Assembly (NCBI GenBank): GCA_965248195.1
Contig: CBDFIQ010000002.1
Location: 1,888,001 to 1,952,000, forward strand
Direction: 5' to 3'
From: Longimicrobiales bacterium
GTDB taxonomy: Bacteria > Gemmatimonadota > Gemmatimonadetes > Longimicrobiales > Gaopeijiaceae
Length of the DNA stretch: 64,000 bases
Below, piece by piece: positions 59,137 to 64,000 of this stretch. The notes beneath the pieces were generated by a model. The model saw only the letters and a program-made list of their open reading frames with translations, had not been told where the DNA came from and ran no database searches. Each line of letters begins with the position of its first letter. The stretch's first letter is position 1. A program made the position numbers and the translations under genes.

Positions 59137-60144
59137 TTAGAGAGCAATATCCTGTGTGGTGAGGGAAGGGATGGGAGGATTGATGTAGACGGCCTCCGGG
59201 AGCGGTTTGGGCTTCGGCACACCTGTGACGAAGCGTTCGGGATGAGCGGCCCATGCTTCGCGGAGCACGGATTTCCTGCCGGCAATGACCTGATCGGCGT
59301 TCCCGAAGTGGACCTGCTCGGGGGTTAGCATCGAGATACCGCCATGGCGGTGCTCGGCATTGTACCAGCGGAAGAACGATCGACACAACGTCTTGGCCTG
59401 GCCCTGATCCCCGAACCGCCCGGGAAACGAGGGATGGTACTTCAAGGTTTTGAACTGAGCCTCGGAAAACGGGTTGTCATCCGACACCTGAGGCCGGCTC
59501 AACGAGCGAGTCACGCCGAGGTCAGCGAGAAGTTGAGCGGTGCATTGGCTCGTCATTGGAGCTCCCCGATCCGAGTGCAGGGTCAGGACCCGGGGCTGGA
59601 CGCCATGCTTCAGGCAGCTCTGCTGGATCAACCGGCCGGCCAGGGCCGAGTTCTCCCGGTCCGCCACCATCCAGCCCACGACGTAGCGGCTGTAGATATC
59701 CATGATGACGTAGAGGTAGTAATAGCTCCACTTCTTCGGCCCGAGTAGCCGCGTGATATCCCAGGACCACACCTGGTTCGGCGCCGTGGCCATCAACTCG
59801 GGCTTCTTGTACTCGGGATGGGTGCGCTGCGCCCGGCGTTCCTGAACCGGCACCTCGGAGGCCAGAACACGATACATCGTGCGTTCGCTGCACAGGTAGA
59901 CCTCTTCGTCGAGCAGCGTGGCCACCACCTCGGCGGGTGAGCGGTCCACGAACCGCTCCGAACACAGCGTGTCGAAGACCTCGCCTCGTTCCGTCTCGCT
60001 CAATGCCCGGGCGGGCGTCGGGCGGGGCTGCCGTTGCCCGGTCGATGGGCCTCGACGACGGTAGAACGTCGATCGGGAGACCTCGAGAGCCGCGCACGCC
60101 GGTTTTACACCGACGTGCTTAGCCAGCTCATCGGCCGCCTTCAA
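59137..60144 (-). CDS. IS3 transposase OrfB
   Basis: WSWDIT, HSDRG and DNPFSEAQFKTLKY motifs. Confidence 0.95.
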   Translation of the reverse strand: MKAADELAKHVGVKPACAALEVSRSTFYRRRGPSTGQRQPRPTPARALSETERGEVFDTLCSERFVDRSPAEVVATLLDEEVYLCSERTMYRVLASEVPVQERRAQRTHPEYKKPELMATAPNQVWSWDITRLLGPKKWSYYYLYVIMDIYSRYVVGWMVADRENSALAGRLIQQSCLKHGVQPRVLTLHSDRGAPMTSQCTAQLLADLGVTRSLSRPQVSDDNPFSEAQFKTLKYHPSFPGRFGDQGQAKTLCRSFFRWYNAEHRHGGISMLTPEQVHFGNADQVIAGRKSVLREAWAAHPERFVTGVPKPKPLPEAVYINPPIPSLTTQDIAL

Positions 60145-60590
60145 GAGTTCGTCCCGTCGTCGAGGCTTATCCCCAGCAGCCCCGCAACTTTTCCCTGCAC
60201 GTCGATGATCAGGTGTGCCTTCCTGAGCTCATTCTCGAGCCGTGCGTTTTGCCGCTCCAGCTTGCGTACCTTCTCATCCAGCGGATTCCGCTCCGGCTTG
60301 CGGCCGCGTTTCTTCGACAGGGCCTTCAGCGACCCGCTATGCGCCGCCTTGCGCCACGTCGTCAGGTGCGACGAGTACAGGCCCTCGCGCCGCAGGAGCT
60401 GACCCACCTCGCCGGGCTCGGTGCACCGGTCCGCTTCTTCGACGATCCGCAGCTTGTACGATGGACTGAACCGCCGGCGTAGCGGCCTATCTACTACCTC
60501 CGGGTCCGCAGGAGCTGCCGCGCTTCGCTTGGCCTCCCCGATTCCAGGGGCACTACCATTCTCTTCCATTCTCTCTCGCAGTCCCAACAT
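60141..60590 (-). CDS. IS3 transposase OrfA
   Basis: RRRFS..YKLRIV and LLRREGLYSS.L..WR motifs. Confidence 0.93.
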   Translation of the reverse strand: MLGLRERMEENGSAPGIGEAKRSAAAPADPEVVDRPLRRRFSPSYKLRIVEEADRCTEPGEVGQLLRREGLYSSHLTTWRKAAHSGSLKALSKKRGRKPERNPLDEKVRKLERQNARLENELRKAHLIIDVQGKVAGLLGISLDDGTNS

Positions 60591-60656
60591 GTTCGTTTTC
60601 TCTGCCTTCGCCCTACTCTAATTCTTTGCGTGCTCCGTGTCTCACGTACGTTGGCA

Positions 60657-61760
60657 GAGAGGGATCTGGAGAGATCGATGCTTTCGGATCGCAGGGTAAT
60701 CGAGCAACCTCTCGCTAAGATCGAGTGCACGGTTTGTGGACTCGTCCGAAGCGCCGAACGTCCCAGTGTAGATTTTGATTCGTATTACGAGAAATCGTAC
60801 TCGAGCGGGATTCATGATCACCTCTTCTATGTTTCCAACGGGACGCTGACGAGAAGTGAAGTCTTCGCGGAATGGATACTCGAGGCGTTCACCGCCGAAC
60901 GTTTCACTTCCGCGCGAAGATGCCTAGAAATAGGCGCGGGCGGTGGATACCTTCTGGAAACCCTGCAAGAGCGCCTGCCCAATACTGAATTTGAAGGCAT
61001 CGAAATTGGAACGCGGGCGAGCGAAAGTGCGAAAAGCCGAGGACTCCGGGTCCACAATGCCGCGCTCGAGGACTGGGACGACCAACCGTACGACGTGGTC
61101 TATTCCATCGCCGTGATCGAGCACCTGCTGTCCCCACTTCAATGCTTTCGAAAATGCCGTGACCTGCTTCGGCCAGAGGGTTGGCTGATACTTTCTCAAC
61201 CCACCCAAGACGTTCCGAGCTACGATATTCTGTTCGCAGACCATTTATACCATTTTGGCAGCGCTCATTTGCGTGCCTTCGCACAACGCACGGGGTTTCG
61301 CGAAATCGTGGGGATCGTAGGTCATCCCCTAATGCCGAACTTCAGCCTTCACGTTTTTCAGACCGCACCCATCCCAAACGACTTTCAATGGCAGGGCCCG
61401 CCAAGCACGACCGCGTGCAGAGCCACCGTGCAACGGTTGCGCGAAGATTTTTCTCGCTTGGACGACACGCTCCGCGACCTTTCGTCCGGTTCAGCGCGGG
61501 TAGCTACGTTCGGACTGCAAGAAGCGTTCTGGGTCGCGAGGACGTACTCATCGTTATTTGACTTCCCCCTCGTGTGCGGCTTGGAGGATCAACCCCGGAT
61601 GGCGGAGTACGCGGATATCGGCTTCCCGGTGTGCACCCCGGACGCCGCGCATGAATACGACGTATCCGACGCCCTACTCGCGATGAATAAGGTGTACTAT
61701 GACCGGGCTGAGGCGCGGCTCAGTGAGTTAGGCATCCGCGCCCACCGGATATTCTCATGA
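60657..61760 (+). pseudogene. Class I SAM methyltransferase (sugar C/O-methyltransferase-like), N-terminus separated by IS
   Basis: CTVCG, LEIGAGGG, VIEH and DH..HF motifs; the ORF-track start lies inside the IS. Confidence 0.75.
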
Positions 61761-61773
61761 GGAGCGTGCAGAT

Positions 61774-62598
61774 TTGAACCTGCTCGATTCGAAGAAGAAT
61801 CCCGATTGGCTCTCTCTCGCCCTGGAGGCGGTTCGATTTCAGGGTTTTTCAATTGTCGCGAACGTTGTCGACGACGCGATAGTCCAAGAAACATGCGATC
61901 GAATGTACGCGGTTCAAGAGGCCATCGTGGCCGACATTGGCCAAGATCGACTCGAAGCCGCGGGTGAGTTGGGTATCCTTCGAGGGATGATGCGGTACGA
62001 CAAATGGTTCTTGAGATTCTTGGAAATACCCGACGTACTTGCGATCGTCGACGGCACGGTTTCGAACACTGCGATCATGCACACGCAGAATGGATTCATA
62101 TTGCCATCGTTTCAGCCCGGCGAAGCCCCTCAGGTCTTTCAGAACAAATTCCACATGGATTTCCGCAGAGTTCTCAATGGGTACATGGCCTCGATAAACG
62201 TCTTTATTCCGTTTGTGGATTTTTACGAAGAGAACGGTGGGACGCTCGTCGTACCCGGGACACATCAACACGAAACGGTACCGTCAGACGATTATTTGAA
62301 TACGAACGCGATCCCCGCCGAATGCCCTGCCGGATCGATGATCGTGTTCGATTCGACACTATACCATGCCTCCGGCCAAAATAGATCCGGCGCAGATCGA
62401 TTGAGCATCAATCATCAGTTCACCCGCTCGTTCTTTAAGCAACAAGTCGATTATGTACGACTATTGGGTGACGATGCCGTCGACGCGTTCCCGCCGCGAA
62501 CACAGCAACTACTCGGCTGGTACAGTCGAGTCGTCACCAGCCTCGATGAGTATTACCGGCCTTCGCACGAGCGGCTATACCGGGCGGGACAAGGGTAA
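61774..62598 (+). CDS. PhyH-family Fe(II)/2-oxoglutarate dioxygenase
   Basis: HMD...NGGT...PGTH...YHASG.N.S...R facial triad pattern. Confidence 0.88.
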   Translation: MNLLDSKKNPDWLSLALEAVRFQGFSIVANVVDDAIVQETCDRMYAVQEAIVADIGQDRLEAAGELGILRGMMRYDKWFLRFLEIPDVLAIVDGTVSNTAIMHTQNGFILPSFQPGEAPQVFQNKFHMDFRRVLNGYMASINVFIPFVDFYEENGGTLVVPGTHQHETVPSDDYLNTNAIPAECPAGSMIVFDSTLYHASGQNRSGADRLSINHQFTRSFFKQQVDYVRLLGDDAVDAFPPRTQQLLGWYSRVVTSLDEYYRPSHERLYRAGQG

Positions 62599-62629
62599 GA
62601 CTGAAGTTTTCGCCCTCTGGGGACCTCGT

Positions 62630-63535
62630 ATGAAGTGGAGAAAGCTCGGCCGCATCTTTTCGCCGGACCATGAGCACGATTGGATGGTGTCTCATGCCTC
62701 GAATCCTTTCGCGCTTCCCATCGGGGACAGTTTGTTCAGGGTGTATTTCAGTTGTCGCGACGAGGCGAATCGGTCAAGTATCGGATACGTCGTAATCGAC
62801 CTGAACGCGCCGCAAGACATCCTCGAAATCTCGTCCAAGGCGGTCATCGGTCCGGGTGCGGTGGGTCTCTTCGACGACAGCGGCGCGTCGCTCGGATGTA
62901 TCGCACAAGGCGAGAAAGGGCTGTACCTGTATTATTTGGGCTGGAACCTAAGCGTAACGGTCCCTTGGCGTTGCGAGATCGGCGCAGCGATCAGCGACGA
63001 CGGCGGGCTCACGTTTACGAAGGTTTCGCGCGCTCCGATTCTGGCGCGAAACGATGCCGATCCCTTTTCGCTTTCTTATCCGTGGGTCATGAACGAGGGC
63101 GGCGATTGGAAAATGTGGTACGGCTCGCACCTCGATTGGGGTGCAGATCCTCATGCCTTGGAATTCGAGCATGTGTTGAAGTACGCGACCTCGACGGACG
63201 GCATTCGCTGGACACGCGACGACGTCACCTGCCTGAAGCCAGTCCATCCGGGAATTCTTGCGGTCGCAAAGCCGTCCGTGCTCAAGGACGACTCGGGGTA
63301 TCATCTCTGGTACGGGTATCGGGGAGAACAGTATCGGATCGGATACGCGTTCTCCGAGGACGGCATGCGCTGGACGCAGGATGAGGACGGTGCGGGTATC
63401 GAGCCATCGGCGGGCGAATGGGACTCGGAGGCCGTGGCGTACCCCCACGTCGTCGAGCACCAAGGTGCACGTTTCATGTTTTATAACGGGAACGGTTATG
63501 GCGCCACTGGTATGGGACTCGCCGTTTCGGAATAG
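62630..63535 (+). CDS. Beta-propeller glycoside-hydrolase-like protein
   Basis: W.KLG.IF start, repeated S.DG..W Asp-boxes and FYNGNGYG motif. Confidence 0.8.
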   Translation: MKWRKLGRIFSPDHEHDWMVSHASNPFALPIGDSLFRVYFSCRDEANRSSIGYVVIDLNAPQDILEISSKAVIGPGAVGLFDDSGASLGCIAQGEKGLYLYYLGWNLSVTVPWRCEIGAAISDDGGLTFTKVSRAPILARNDADPFSLSYPWVMNEGGDWKMWYGSHLDWGADPHALEFEHVLKYATSTDGIRWTRDDVTCLKPVHPGILAVAKPSVLKDDSGYHLWYGYRGEQYRIGYAFSEDGMRWTQDEDGAGIEPSAGEWDSEAVAYPHVVEHQGARFMFYNGNGYGATGMGLAVSE

Positions 63536-63601
63536 CGTCACCACGAGACTGGCCGGTGTGTAGCTAACCCTGTGGAACAGAGCTCACTCTGAAATGAGGT
63601 C

Positions 63602-64000
63602 GTGAACATCGACGTGAGAAGGGCGCTGCGGCGTTCGTTCGGCTGGTACCTCCGTGGCGTACATCGAGCCGCCCTGCCCCGGCTGGTCGATGTTGACCAC
63701 GAACAGCGTCGTTTGAACATACTGCGCATCTATGTGGGGCTGGTGGCGCTGATCCGCACCGTACTCATCGTGTATGCGGCTCGTTTCTACTTCGTGGATC
63801 CGACGACAGGTGCGTTGCCTACGCCCTTCGTCTTCTGGTCGACGGTAGAGCTCGGTCTGCTCGGCATGTTTACCCTGGGGATCTGCACTCCACTGGCGAC
63901 CCTGGGACTGGTCGCCACATACTTGACCGTTTTCGAGCCCCTCATGCGGAGCTTCACTCTCGGGACCCTGATTCTCCAGTCCATCTGGATCTGCTTTCTG
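63602..64000 (+). CDS. Membrane protein (possibly HTTM-like), partial
   Basis: GAGGT SD + GTG; open to the window end; LRIYVG and hydrophobic helices. Confidence 0.6.
   Translation, partial: MNIDVRRALRRSFGWYLRGVHRAALPRLVDVDHEQRRLNILRIYVGLVALIRTVLIVYAARFYFVDPTTGALPTPFVFWSTVELGLLGMFTLGICTPLATLGLVATYLTVFEPLMRSFTLGTLILQSIWICFL

Larger units (their letters stand above)
59104..60656 (-). mobile_element. IS3-family insertion sequence
   Basis: IRs TGTCAACGACAATGGGACAC and (rev-comp) TGCCAACGTACGTGAGACAC; orfA+orfB; no clean target duplication. Confidence 0.92.

Overview
GC-rich bacterial chromosome segment; gene content and style suggest Gemmatimonadota, which is inference only. Left to right: nuoA, dcd, a YheT hydrolase, a cold-shock gene, an AI-2E transporter and a GGQ release-factor homologue; a MoxR/DUF58/VWA operon; and a decayed accessory region (about 15.1-23.8 kb) ending at tRNA-Leu(TAA). 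That region holds an integrase stump, IS256, IS3 and an IS110/IS1111 remnant whose 3' non-coding end survives. Next come trmH; an Hpt/RR/hybrid-kinase phosphorelay; fba-rpiA-rpe divergent from DAHP synthase; argG-argH and trxC; a TonB receptor; ergothioneine genes egtC/egtD/egtB beside a betaine-family ABC importer; and a surface-glycan modification locus interrupted by a second IS3. The strongest unannotated signal is a complete candidate ribosome-dependent attenuator upstream of DAHP synthase: an apparently leaderless 22-aa peptide with Phe-Tyr-Phe, alternative 1:2/2:3/3:4 stems and a U6 terminator. Also notable are a three-way-junction RNA in the TonB receptor leader, a probable CUG start for argH, and recurrent 15-18 bp tandem expansions at gene 3' ends. 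Three +1 frameshifts in short homopolymers may be sequencing errors.
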